From: Candidatus Rokuibacteriota bacterium | GTDB taxonomy: Bacteria; Methylomirabilota; Methylomirabilia; Rokubacteriales; CSP1-6 | Assembly (NCBI GenBank): GCA_003220435.1 | Contig: QHSL01000071.1 | Location: 4,980-68,979 of the forward strand | Direction of reading: 5' to 3' | Length of the DNA stretch: 64,000 nt | Shown: one piece after another, positions 28,592 through 36,616 of the stretch | Layout of the letters: every line of letters begins with the position of its first letter | How positions within the stretch are numbered: the first letter of the stretch is position 1 | Notes under the pieces: model-generated | Seen by the model: the letters and a program-made list of their open reading frames with translations, nothing else | What the model was told of the DNA's origin: nothing | The model's database searches: none | Made by a program: the position numbers and the translations under genes

Positions 28592-28675
28592 GGACTCCTC
28601 CCTGGAACGGTGTTCACTTGGACACCAATCTGTGCAGTCGCGTCAGTCTAACACACGCGTCGACGCGGCCTTGCG

Positions 28676-29842
28676 TCACGCGCGCAGCGCGCGACGGAAC
28701 CGGTCCCGGATGACGGCCGGCGGGTGAGGGATTCGCGGGACCGTCGCCTCTACCGCGGTGACCTTGACGAGGATGAAGTGCGGTCCGCGCGTGCCGAGCG
28801 CCGATCGCAGCGCCGCGGCGATCGCGGGCGGCGTCGTCACCGCCGTCGCCGTGCGATAGCCGGCGCCGCGCGCGAGCCGATCGAGCCGCACCTCGCGGGA
28901 CGGCGAGGCTTGGCCGCCGGTCGAGCCGTAGACCTCGTTGTCGAACACCAGGTGGACGAAGTTCTGCGGCCCGAGGCTGCCGACCATGGCCAGCGTCCCC
29001 AGGCCCATCAAGAGGTTGCCGTCGCCGTCGAAGACGACGCTCGCGCGCGCCGGCCGGACCAGCGCGAGCCCGAGCCCGATCGCGGCCGCCAGCCCCATCG
29101 AGCCGATCATGTAGAAGTTCTGCGGCCGGTCCGCCGTCGCGAAGGACTCACGGCACACGTACCCGTTGGCGTGGATCACCGGCGCGTCGCCGAGCTCCTT
29201 GACGGCGACCGCGAGCGCCTCCTGGCGGGAGATCACTCCGTGCAGGATCTCTGGATCGGAGCCGGCGGCCCCGGTCCGGCGGTTCTCCGCCGCATCACGG
29301 TCGGCCCGGCGCGCGCTCGCGGCACCGTCCGCCACGACACCGTCGGACGCTCCGGTCGCGACGACGCCCGGCGGAACGAGGATCGCGACCGGCGCTTCAC
29401 GCGCGTCCATCTCTCGGCGCGCCCAGGCCAGCAGCTCGTCCGCCGAGTCCGATCCGAGGATCCGGTGGGGAATGCGCAGGAGATCGAGGAGGCTCGGCGA
29501 GATCTCGCCCATCAGGAGGTGCTCGGGCGCGTCCTGGCCGGCGAAGCCCCGCCATGTGACGATCAGCAGCGCCGGGAACCCGTACATGAGCGACAGCGAC
29601 GCGAGCGCGTTGAGGCTCGTGCCGAGCCCCGAGTTCTGCATCACTACGACCGGGCGGCGCCCGCCGAGCCAGGCGCCGGCCGCGAGCCCGACCGCGGCGT
29701 CCTCGCGCACCGCCGCGACGTAGGGGTCGCGCCGGCGGCGCTCCAGCGCCGTGATGAGGGTCTCGACGAGCGAGCAGGGGACGCCGGTGAAGAAGTCGAA
29801 GCCGTGTCGGTCGAGAAGGGCTGCGAGCTCGGCGCCGGACAC
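28676..29842 (-). CDS. ThDP-dependent phosphonopyruvate/sulfopyruvate decarboxylase (single-chain alpha+beta)
   Basis: FTGVPCS, RED.AVG..AGA, MQNSGLG..LN, APEH..MG; C-half NFYMIGSMG, DGDGNLLM, DNEVYGSTGGQ. Confidence 0.88.
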   Translation of the reverse strand: MSGAELAALLDRHGFDFFTGVPCSLVETLITALERRRRDPYVAAVREDAAVGLAAGAWLGGRRPVVVMQNSGLGTSLNALASLSLMYGFPALLIVTWRGFAGQDAPEHLLMGEISPSLLDLLRIPHRILGSDSADELLAWARREMDAREAPVAILVPPGVVATGASDGVVADGAASARRADRDAAENRRTGAAGSDPEILHGVISRQEALAVAVKELGDAPVIHANGYVCRESFATADRPQNFYMIGSMGLAAAIGLGLALVRPARASVVFDGDGNLLMGLGTLAMVGSLGPQNFVHLVFDNEVYGSTGGQASPSREVRLDRLARGAGYRTATAVTTPPAIAAALRSALGTRGPHFILVKVTAVEATVPRIPHPPAVIRDRFRRALRA

Positions 29843-29852
29843 TACTCCGGGC

Positions 29853-30494
29853 TCACCGCCGCGAGGTCCGCCGGTGCTTCTCCTCCTCGAGGAACTCCTC
29901 CTGCTTCGTCTTCATCTTCTTCACCAGCTCCTGGTACGACGAGGTCGTGATGATCTTGTTGAACTGGGTCCGGTAGTTCGCGATGAGGCTGACGCCCTCG
30001 ATGACGACGTCGTAGACGAGCCACTTGTCGCCCTTGCGGAGCATCCGGTAGTCGATGGGGATGTCGGTCCCCTGCTTGGTCACGAGGCGGGTGCGGACGA
30101 TGGCGTTCTCGATCTCGATGGACTCGCCCGTGAACTGGATCCGCTCACCGCCGTAGAGCTCGATCTTCGAGATGTACGAGCGCTCCAGGAGGTCCGAGAA
30201 GAGCTGGACGAACTCCTCGCGCTCGGTGGGCGTCCGGGTCGACCAGTGCCGGGCGAGCGAGCGCTTCGCGGTCTCCGAGAAGTCGAAGATGTCGTTGGCG
30301 ACCTGCCGCACCGCCGTCCGCCGATCCTTCTGCTTGCCCTCTTTCTTCAGCTCCGGATCCTCGAGGATCTTGAGGACCCGATCGATCTGGGACTTGAGCT
30401 GATCGGTCGGGGCGCCGGCCCACACCGGGCTCGGGCCGATCACGATGGGCAGGACGAGCGTGATGAGCGCGAGGGCGCGGCCGACGTGAGCCAT
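29853..30494 (-). CDS. mlaC: MlaC/Ttg2D (HpnM-like) lipid-binding periplasmic protein
   Basis: Signal peptide, FDFSETAKRSL..HW, IDYRM, W.VYDVVIEGVSLIANYRTQF. Confidence 0.9.
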   Translation of the reverse strand: MAHVGRALALITLVLPIVIGPSPVWAGAPTDQLKSQIDRVLKILEDPELKKEGKQKDRRTAVRQVANDIFDFSETAKRSLARHWSTRTPTEREEFVQLFSDLLERSYISKIELYGGERIQFTGESIEIENAIVRTRLVTKQGTDIPIDYRMLRKGDKWLVYDVVIEGVSLIANYRTQFNKIITTSSYQELVKKMKTKQEEFLEEEKHRRTSRR

Positions 30495-30504
30495 CGACGA
30501 CCTC

Positions 30505-30945
30505 CTAGATCTTGCCGAAGATGTACTTCGACAGCAGCTCTTCGAAATCCACCGGGGCTTCGACTTCGCGGATCTTGCCGTTGGGGCCGATGATCTTCTC
30601 GGACCCGCCCGGGCTGATGCGTACGTACCGCTCGCCGATGAGCCCCTTGGTCTTGATCGACGCGATCGAATCCTCCTGGAGCTTGACGCCGGACTGCAGC
30701 CGGACCGTGACCCGCGCCTGATAGTCGACCAGGCCGATTTTCTCGACCCGCCCGATCTCGACGCCCGCGATCTCCACGCTGGAGCCGGCCTTCAACCCCC
30801 CGACCGACGGGAAGTCGACGGTGACCACGTAGCCCCGGCCGCCCAGGAACGACACCCGGCCGAGCTGGACCGAAAGATACCCCATCGCCAGGATGCCAAG
30901 GAAGACGAAGATCCCCACCGCGATGTTCACGCGCGTGCGCTCCAT
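30505..30945 (-). CDS. mlaD: MlaD MCE-domain protein
   Basis: VGIFV, GGLKAGSSVEIAGVEIGRV, SIKTKGLIGERYVRISPGG. Confidence 0.92.
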   Translation of the reverse strand: MERTRVNIAVGIFVFLGILAMGYLSVQLGRVSFLGGRGYVVTVDFPSVGGLKAGSSVEIAGVEIGRVEKIGLVDYQARVTVRLQSGVKLQEDSIASIKTKGLIGERYVRISPGGSEKIIGPNGKIREVEAPVDFEELLSKYIFGKI

Positions 30946-30961
30946 CAGTCTCCCTCCGCCA

Positions 30962-31705
30962 TCAGTGTCCCTCCGAATTGTCGGGCTCGCCACGGATGAA
31001 CTGGCGCACGACCCGGTTGGCCGAGGCCTGGATCGCCGCCGGCGGCCCCACCTCCACGATGCGACCCTCGTGCAGCATGGCCACCGTGTCGGCGATCTCG
31101 AAGATCTCGGGGATCTCGTGGCTCACCATGAGCGCGGTGAACCGGAACCGGCGATGGAGATCGAGAATCAGATGATGGATGGTGTTGACGAGCACCGGGT
31201 CGAGGCCCGTCGTCGGCTCGTCGAAGAAGATGATCTCCGGCTCGGTCACCAGCGCCCGCGCGATCGCCACGCGCTTGCGCATGCCGCCGGAAATCTCGGC
31301 CGGGAACTTCGCGCCCACGCCCTCGAGCCCCACCTGGCCCAGCGCGGCCTCGACGCGCTTGGCGATCTCGTCGGTCGGCATCCGGAGCTTCTCGCGGAGC
31401 GGGAACGCGACGTTGTCGGCGCAGGACATCGAGTCGAACAGCGCCCCGCCCTGGAACACGACGCCGTAGCGCCGCCGAATCCCGTCGAGCGCGCGCCCCG
31501 TCAGGTGCGTGATCTCGACACCGTCCACGAGGACGCGGCCGGCGTCCGGGCGCAAGAGGCCGATGAGGTGCTTGAGGAAGACCGACTTGCCGCCGCCGCT
31601 GCGGCCGATGATGACCGTGATCGAGCCGGTGGCCACCTCGAGGTCGAGGTCGCGCAGCACCGGCTGCCGGCCGAACGACTTCCGCAGGCCTTCGACTTTG
31701 ATCAC
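30962..31705 (-). CDS. mlaF: MlaF ABC ATPase
   Basis: GRSGGGKS, FQGGALFDSM, ISGGMRKRVAIARA, DEPTTGLDP. Start is GTG 31705; the upstream ORF extension is repeat sequence. Confidence 0.92.
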   Translation of the reverse strand: MIKVEGLRKSFGRQPVLRDLDLEVATGSITVIIGRSGGGKSVFLKHLIGLLRPDAGRVLVDGVEITHLTGRALDGIRRRYGVVFQGGALFDSMSCADNVAFPLREKLRMPTDEIAKRVEAALGQVGLEGVGAKFPAEISGGMRKRVAIARALVTEPEIIFFDEPTTGLDPVLVNTIHHLILDLHRRFRFTALMVSHEIPEIFEIADTVAMLHEGRIVEVGPPAAIQASANRVVRQFIRGEPDNSEGH

Positions 31706-31793
31706 AGGCTCGCCTCGCCTCCGGCTGCGGCTCGCACAACCATCATCACAGGCTCGCCTCGCCTCCGGCTGCGGCTCGCACAACCATCATCAC
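31701..31793. repeat. Perfect 44-bp tandem duplication (2 copies plus ATCAC) at the mlaE/mlaF junction
   Basis: ATCACAGGCTCGCCTCGCCTCCGGCTGCGGCTCGCACAACCATC at 31701-31744 and 31745-31788, then ATCAC at 31789-31793. Confidence 0.95.
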
Positions 31794-32587
31794 TAGGGGA
31801 GGATCGAGCCCATGAAGTAGTCCCAGACGAGGATCAGCACCGACGAGAGGACGACCGCCTGGGTCGTCGCGCGCGCCACTCCCTCGGCGCCGTGGCCCAC
31901 GTTGAAGCCCTTGTACGTGCAGACCCACGTCACGACGACGCCGAACGAGACGGACTTCCAGAACCCGGTCATGATGTCCTTCATATCCACGAACGTCTGC
32001 ATCTCGCCGAAGTACGTGCCCGGCGAGAGGCCGAGCAGCTCGACCCCCACCAGGTACCCGCCGAAGATCCCGACGACGTCGAAGATCGCGGTCATCAGCG
32101 GGAACGTCACCAGGCCGGCCAGGATCGAAGGCGCGACCAGGTAGCGCATCGGGTTCAGCGCCATGACGGTCAGCGCGTCGATCTGCTCGGTGATGCGCAT
32201 GATGCCGATCTCGGCGGTGAGCGCCGAGCCCGCGCGGCCGGTGACCATGAGCGCGGCCAGCACCGGGCCGAGCTCGCGGATCAACGACAGCGCGACGGCT
32301 GGCCCCAGGAACGCCTCGGAGCCGAACCGGACGAGCGTCAGGTAGACCTGCAGCCCAAGCACCATCCCGGTGAACGCGCCGGTGAGGAGGATGATCAGGA
32401 GCGATCGGTAGCCGATGTAGTTGATGCGATCGACGAACGCGCGGACTTTGAACGGCGGCGTCGCGATCGCGATCAGCGCTTCGACGAAGAAGGTCCCGAA
32501 CCGGCCGAGCGAATCGACGGCAGAGATGGTCCAGCCACCGACGGCGTCGAACGGGCGCAGCGCCGGTGAGAGCGACCGATCAGCCAT
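31793..32587 (-). CDS. mlaE: MlaE permease
   Basis: IRELGPVLAALMVTGRAGS, EIGIMRITEQIDAL, GAEGVARATTQAVV. Confidence 0.93.
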   Translation of the reverse strand: MADRSLSPALRPFDAVGGWTISAVDSLGRFGTFFVEALIAIATPPFKVRAFVDRINYIGYRSLLIILLTGAFTGMVLGLQVYLTLVRFGSEAFLGPAVALSLIRELGPVLAALMVTGRAGSALTAEIGIMRITEQIDALTVMALNPMRYLVAPSILAGLVTFPLMTAIFDVVGIFGGYLVGVELLGLSPGTYFGEMQTFVDMKDIMTGFWKSVSFGVVVTWVCTYKGFNVGHGAEGVARATTQAVVLSSVLILVWDYFMGSILP

Positions 32588-34481
32588 GCGCGCGGCGGTA
32601 GATTCCCAGCGCCCAGAGCGGGAAGTACTTCGCGTACAGATGGTACTTCAGATAGAACACGCGCGGGAACCCGGTGCCGTTCCAGAGCGCGTCCTCCCAC
32701 GAGCCGTCGGGGTGCTGCGTTCTGAGCAGATACTCAACGCCGCGCGCCACGGTGGTTCCGGATGTGCGCCCGGCCGCGAAGAGGCCGAGCAGCGCCCAGG
32801 CGGTCTGGCTCGGCGTCGACTCGCCGGCGCCGGCGAACGCGTAGTCATCGTAACTCTCGCAGGTCTCGCCCCAGCCGCCGTCCTTGTTCTGATGGCGCTC
32901 GAGCCAGCGGACCGCGCGCTGCACGTACTCGTGACGGGGGTCCTCGCCGATGGCCGCCAGCCCGCGCAGCACGGACCACGTGCCGTAGACGTAGTTCACG
33001 CCCCAGCGTCCGTACCACGGCCCGTCGTGGCGCTGCGTGTTGCGCAGGAACTGGATCGCGCGCTGGACCGGCTCCAGGTCCTTGCTGTGGCCGAGCGTAC
33101 CCAGCAGCTCGAGCCCGCGTCCGGTCAGGTCCTCGGTCGACGGATCGAGCAGAGCGCCGTGATCGGCGAACGGGATGTGGTTGAGGTAGAGACGATTGTT
33201 GTCGGCGTCGAACGAGGCCCACCCGCCGTCCTGCCCCTGCATGCCGAGGAACCAGCCGAGGCCGCGCTCCTTGGCCGCCTGCGCGGTGGTGTCGTCGAGC
33301 CCGCGAATCTTCTCGAGCGCCATCACCACCATGGCGGTGTCGTCGAGGTCCGGATAGAAGTCGTTGCCGTACTGGAACGCCCACCCGCCCGGCTGCACGT
33401 GCGGCCGCTTCACCTGCCAGTCGCCGGGCACCAGTACCTGCCGGTCGATCATCCACTCGCCGGCGCGCTGCAGCTCGCGATGGTCTGGTGGGAGCCCGCT
33501 CTCGATCAGTGCGTTGACCGCGAGGGCGGTGTCCCACACCGGCGACGGGCAGGGTTGATAGTGGAGCTCGTCGCCGTTCTCGACCGCGAGCGCCTCGATC
33601 TCCTTGAGCTGCCCCGACACGAGCGGGTGATCGTCCGGGTAGCCGAGCAGCCGCATGGCGAGGATCGAGTTGGCCATCGCGGGATAGATCCCGCCCAGGC
33701 CACCCGGGACCGCGAGTCGCTCCTCGAGCCACACCCGCGCCGCCTCGATCGCGCGCTTGCGCAGCGGGCGCACCGAGAAGCGCTCCCAGATCTTGAGCCC
33801 GTCGTCCACCGCGATGAAGAAGCTCTTCCAGAAGAGTCCCCGCCAGGTGAAGGGCTCGGGCACGCGCGGGAAGCGGAGGCTCGTCCGCTCACGCGGCTGC
33901 GGCCACAGCTCGTCGAGGGCCAGGCGCGGCGGCAGCCACTTCACCGGCTTGCGGTCCATGAGGATGAGCAGCGGCACCACCACCGTGCGCGACCAGTACG
34001 AGATCTCGTAGATGTTGAACAGGAAGAACGGCGCCGGCAGCAGCATGATCTCCGCCGGCATCGTCGGCACGCCGTTCCAGTCGTACTCGCCGAACAGCGC
34101 CAGCTGGATCTTGGTGAAGACGTCGGCTTTCGCCGGCCCGCCCATCTCGCGGATCCGCTCTCGGGCCGCCGTCATCGCCGGGTCGCTGACGGTCACCCCG
34201 GCCAGCTTCATGGCGAAATACGCCTTGATCGTCGCCGACAGGTTGGCCGGGCCGGCCTCGAAGAGGTTCCAGCCGCCGTCGGGAAGCTGCCGCCTTCGCA
34301 AGTACCGGACGGCCCGCACCTCGCGGTCGTGGTTGACCCGGTCGAGCAGATGGCCGAGGAGCAGGAACTCGGAAGTGATCGTCGTGTTGGCTTCGAGCTG
34401 GCCAACCCAGTGGCCGTCAGGGGCCTGGAGGCCGAGCAGATGCACCTGGGCGCGCGCGATCGCGTCGTGCAGGTCCCTCAC
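32580..34481 (-). CDS. shc: Squalene-hopene cyclase
   Basis: DxDD motif YPDLDDTA, multiple QxxDGxW repeats, WYGRWGVNY.YGT, TGFPRVFYLKYH. Confidence 0.97.
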   Translation of the reverse strand: MRDLHDAIARAQVHLLGLQAPDGHWVGQLEANTTITSEFLLLGHLLDRVNHDREVRAVRYLRRRQLPDGGWNLFEAGPANLSATIKAYFAMKLAGVTVSDPAMTAARERIREMGGPAKADVFTKIQLALFGEYDWNGVPTMPAEIMLLPAPFFLFNIYEISYWSRTVVVPLLILMDRKPVKWLPPRLALDELWPQPRERTSLRFPRVPEPFTWRGLFWKSFFIAVDDGLKIWERFSVRPLRKRAIEAARVWLEERLAVPGGLGGIYPAMANSILAMRLLGYPDDHPLVSGQLKEIEALAVENGDELHYQPCPSPVWDTALAVNALIESGLPPDHRELQRAGEWMIDRQVLVPGDWQVKRPHVQPGGWAFQYGNDFYPDLDDTAMVVMALEKIRGLDDTTAQAAKERGLGWFLGMQGQDGGWASFDADNNRLYLNHIPFADHGALLDPSTEDLTGRGLELLGTLGHSKDLEPVQRAIQFLRNTQRHDGPWYGRWGVNYVYGTWSVLRGLAAIGEDPRHEYVQRAVRWLERHQNKDGGWGETCESYDDYAFAGAGESTPSQTAWALLGLFAAGRTSGTTVARGVEYLLRTQHPDGSWEDALWNGTGFPRVFYLKYHLYAKYFPLWALGIYRRAHG

Positions 34482-34525
34482 GGCCGTGATGGTAACATGC
34501 GGACTCGACGACGGAAACTTAACGA

Positions 34526-35266
34526 ATGGATCTTGTCGTCGGCACGCTGGCGCTGCGCCCGTATGTATTCGTGTTTCTGGCGCTGTTCCTGCTGGCGGGG
34601 GCGGTCGATCTCGGCTGGCGGCGCACCCTGGGGTTCGGCGGCTGTGTCTGGCCGGTGGCCTGGCTCTCGGAATTCTCGTCGACGCGGACCGGCGTCCCGT
34701 TCGGGTATTACCAGTACACCGGGCTGACGTGCGGCCGCGAGCTCTATATCGCCGACATTCCCTTCGTCGACGCCCTGTCCTTCACCTTCCTCGCTTACGC
34801 GGCGTTCTGCCTCGCGCGCGCCGCGCTCGCCGGCCGCGAGCCGATCGGGTGGACGACGGCGATCGTCGCCGGTGTGCTGATGATGGCGCTCGACGTCGTG
34901 ATCGACCCCCTCGCGGTGCGCGGCGACCGGTGGTTCCTCGGGCGATTGTTCGCGTACGCGACCCCTGGCATCTACTTCGGGGTGCCGCTCTCGAACTTCC
35001 TCGGGTGGGTCATCGTCGGTGCCGTCGGGGTCGGCGTGTATCTTTTTCTCGCGCCGGATGGGGGTGGGCGGAGGGTCTGGCCAGGAGTGGCGTTATACTA
35101 CGGCGTGCTCGGCTTCAACCTCGGCGTTACGATGTGGATCGGTGAGTGGTTCATGGCCGCAGGGGGCGCGGTGCTTCACCTCGCGATTGCCGCGGCCATC
35201 TGGCGCATCCAACGAACAGTGGTGACGCAAGGAAGTCCGGAGAACCGAGGAGCTCAACGCGCATGA
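34526..35266 (+). CDS. CruF-like (carotenoid 1,2-hydratase / DUF422) membrane protein
   Basis: E..S..TG.PFGYY.Y, M..LD.VIDP, YFGVPLSNF.GW motifs with multiple TM helices. Confidence 0.8.
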   Translation: MDLVVGTLALRPYVFVFLALFLLAGAVDLGWRRTLGFGGCVWPVAWLSEFSSTRTGVPFGYYQYTGLTCGRELYIADIPFVDALSFTFLAYAAFCLARAALAGREPIGWTTAIVAGVLMMALDVVIDPLAVRGDRWFLGRLFAYATPGIYFGVPLSNFLGWVIVGAVGVGVYLFLAPDGGGRRVWPGVALYYGVLGFNLGVTMWIGEWFMAAGGAVLHLAIAAAIWRIQRTVVTQGSPENRGAQRA

Positions 35267-36285
35267 GTGTTCCGCTGTCTCAGATGTGGGCGGTCGCGTC
35301 CTACGTCCTCCGTCAGAAGCTGGCCGGTCGCGAGCGATACCCGCTGGTGCTCATGCTCGAGCCGCTCTTCCGGTGCAACCTCGCCTGCGCCGGCTGCGGC
35401 AAGATTCAGTACCCGGCGCAGATTCTCAGGAAGCACCTGACGGTCGAGCAGTGCCTGGCGGCGGTCGACGAGTGCGGCGCGCCGGTCGTGTCGATTCCCG
35501 GCGGCGAGCCGCTCATGTACCCGCACATCGGGCCCCTGGTGAAGGCGCTGGTGGCTCGCCGGAAGTACGTCTACCTGTGCACCAACGCCATCCTCTTGAA
35601 GGAGAAGCTGGAGGCCGGCCTCTTCGAGCCCTCCAAGTACTTCTCGCTCAGCATCCACCTCGACGGCCTCCAGGAGGCACACGACGAGGCGGTGTGCCGC
35701 GACGGGGTCTACGTCGACGCGGTCGAGGGGATCAAGGCGGCGCTCAGTCGCGGCTTCCGGGTGACCACGAACTCGACGCTCTTCGACGGCGCCAACGCGC
35801 TCCGGATGCGCGAGTTCTTCGACACGATGATGGATCTGGGTGTGGAAGGCATGATGATCTCCCCCGGCTACAGCTACTCCAAGGCGCCGGACCAGGAGCA
35901 CTTCCTCCGGACCCAGCGCGCCCACGACCTGTTCTCCACGCTGCTGTCGAACCCGAAGCGTCGGTGGAAGTTCAACCAGTCGCCGCTGTTCCTGCAGTTC
36001 CTCATGGGCAAGCGCGACTTCGAGTGCACCCCCTGGGGCAACCCGACCTACAACGTGTTCGGCTGGCAGCGCCCCTGCTACCTGCTGCAGGAGGGCTATG
36101 CCGCGACGTTCAGGGAGCTGATGGAGACCACCCGCTGGGAGAATTACGGGCGGCGGAGCGGCAACGAGAAGTGTCGCGACTGCATGGTGCACTGCGGGTA
36201 CGAGCCCTCGGCGGTCCACCACACGTTCGCCTCGTGGCGCGGCTTCCGCGACACCGTGCAGGCCACCGTCACCGGACGGTACTGA
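35263..36285 (+). CDS. hpnH: Adenosyl-hopene transferase, radical SAM
   Basis: YPLVLMLEPLFRCNLACAGCGKI, CTPWGNPTYNVFGWQRPCYL, CRDCMVHCGYE. ATGA overlap with the cruF-like gene. Confidence 0.96.
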   Translation: MSVPLSQMWAVASYVLRQKLAGRERYPLVLMLEPLFRCNLACAGCGKIQYPAQILRKHLTVEQCLAAVDECGAPVVSIPGGEPLMYPHIGPLVKALVARRKYVYLCTNAILLKEKLEAGLFEPSKYFSLSIHLDGLQEAHDEAVCRDGVYVDAVEGIKAALSRGFRVTTNSTLFDGANALRMREFFDTMMDLGVEGMMISPGYSYSKAPDQEHFLRTQRAHDLFSTLLSNPKRRWKFNQSPLFLQFLMGKRDFECTPWGNPTYNVFGWQRPCYLLQEGYAATFRELMETTRWENYGRRSGNEKCRDCMVHCGYEPSAVHHTFASWRGFRDTVQATVTGRY

Positions 36286-36301
36286 CGCCGGAGGTCAGGG
36301 C

Positions 36302-36616
36302 GTGCTCCTCGACGAGGTCATCGACAAAGCGTTCGACTACCGTGGCAACGTCACCGTGGTGAAGACCGACGGGTCCGAGACGGTCGGGTACCTCTTCAAT
36401 CGCAACCGCGACGCCGCGGCGCCCTTCGTGCAGATGTTCGACCTGGACGGCGCCGGCCCGATCTCCATCCCGTACTCCGACATCCGCACGATCCGGTTTA
36501 CCGGGCGCGACGCCGCGGCCGGCAACTCCTACGCCGCGTGGCTTCGCGCCAAGGAAGCGAAGGCCGCGCAGCACCCCGAGAAGGGTTCCGACCCTACGCC
36601 GTCCAGGGGCGCGTGA
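36302..36616 (+). CDS. Conserved hypothetical protein (small beta-barrel-like, AFDYRG motif)
   Basis: Good codon usage; fills the gap between hpnH and hpnG with a GTGA overlap. Confidence 0.7.
   Translation: MLLDEVIDKAFDYRGNVTVVKTDGSETVGYLFNRNRDAAAPFVQMFDLDGAGPISIPYSDIRTIRFTGRDAAAGNSYAAWLRAKEAKAAQHPEKGSDPTPSRGA

Noticed and set aside
24923-28651. 1242-aa plus-strand ORF (also 5673-8357, 19101-20699, 32421-34727, 53647-56670, 55142-57232)
   Set aside because: These are antisense or alternate-frame shadows of well-supported genes, expected at high GC. They are Arg/Ala/Gly-rich with no motifs.
28676-29842. Complete phosphonate or coenzyme M biosynthetic cluster
   Set aside because: No pepM, comA/B/C or aminotransferase is in the window; only the decarboxylase is supported.
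31701-31793. Possible mini CRISPR array
   Set aside because: The copies are directly adjacent with no unique spacers, there are only two copies and there are no cas genes.
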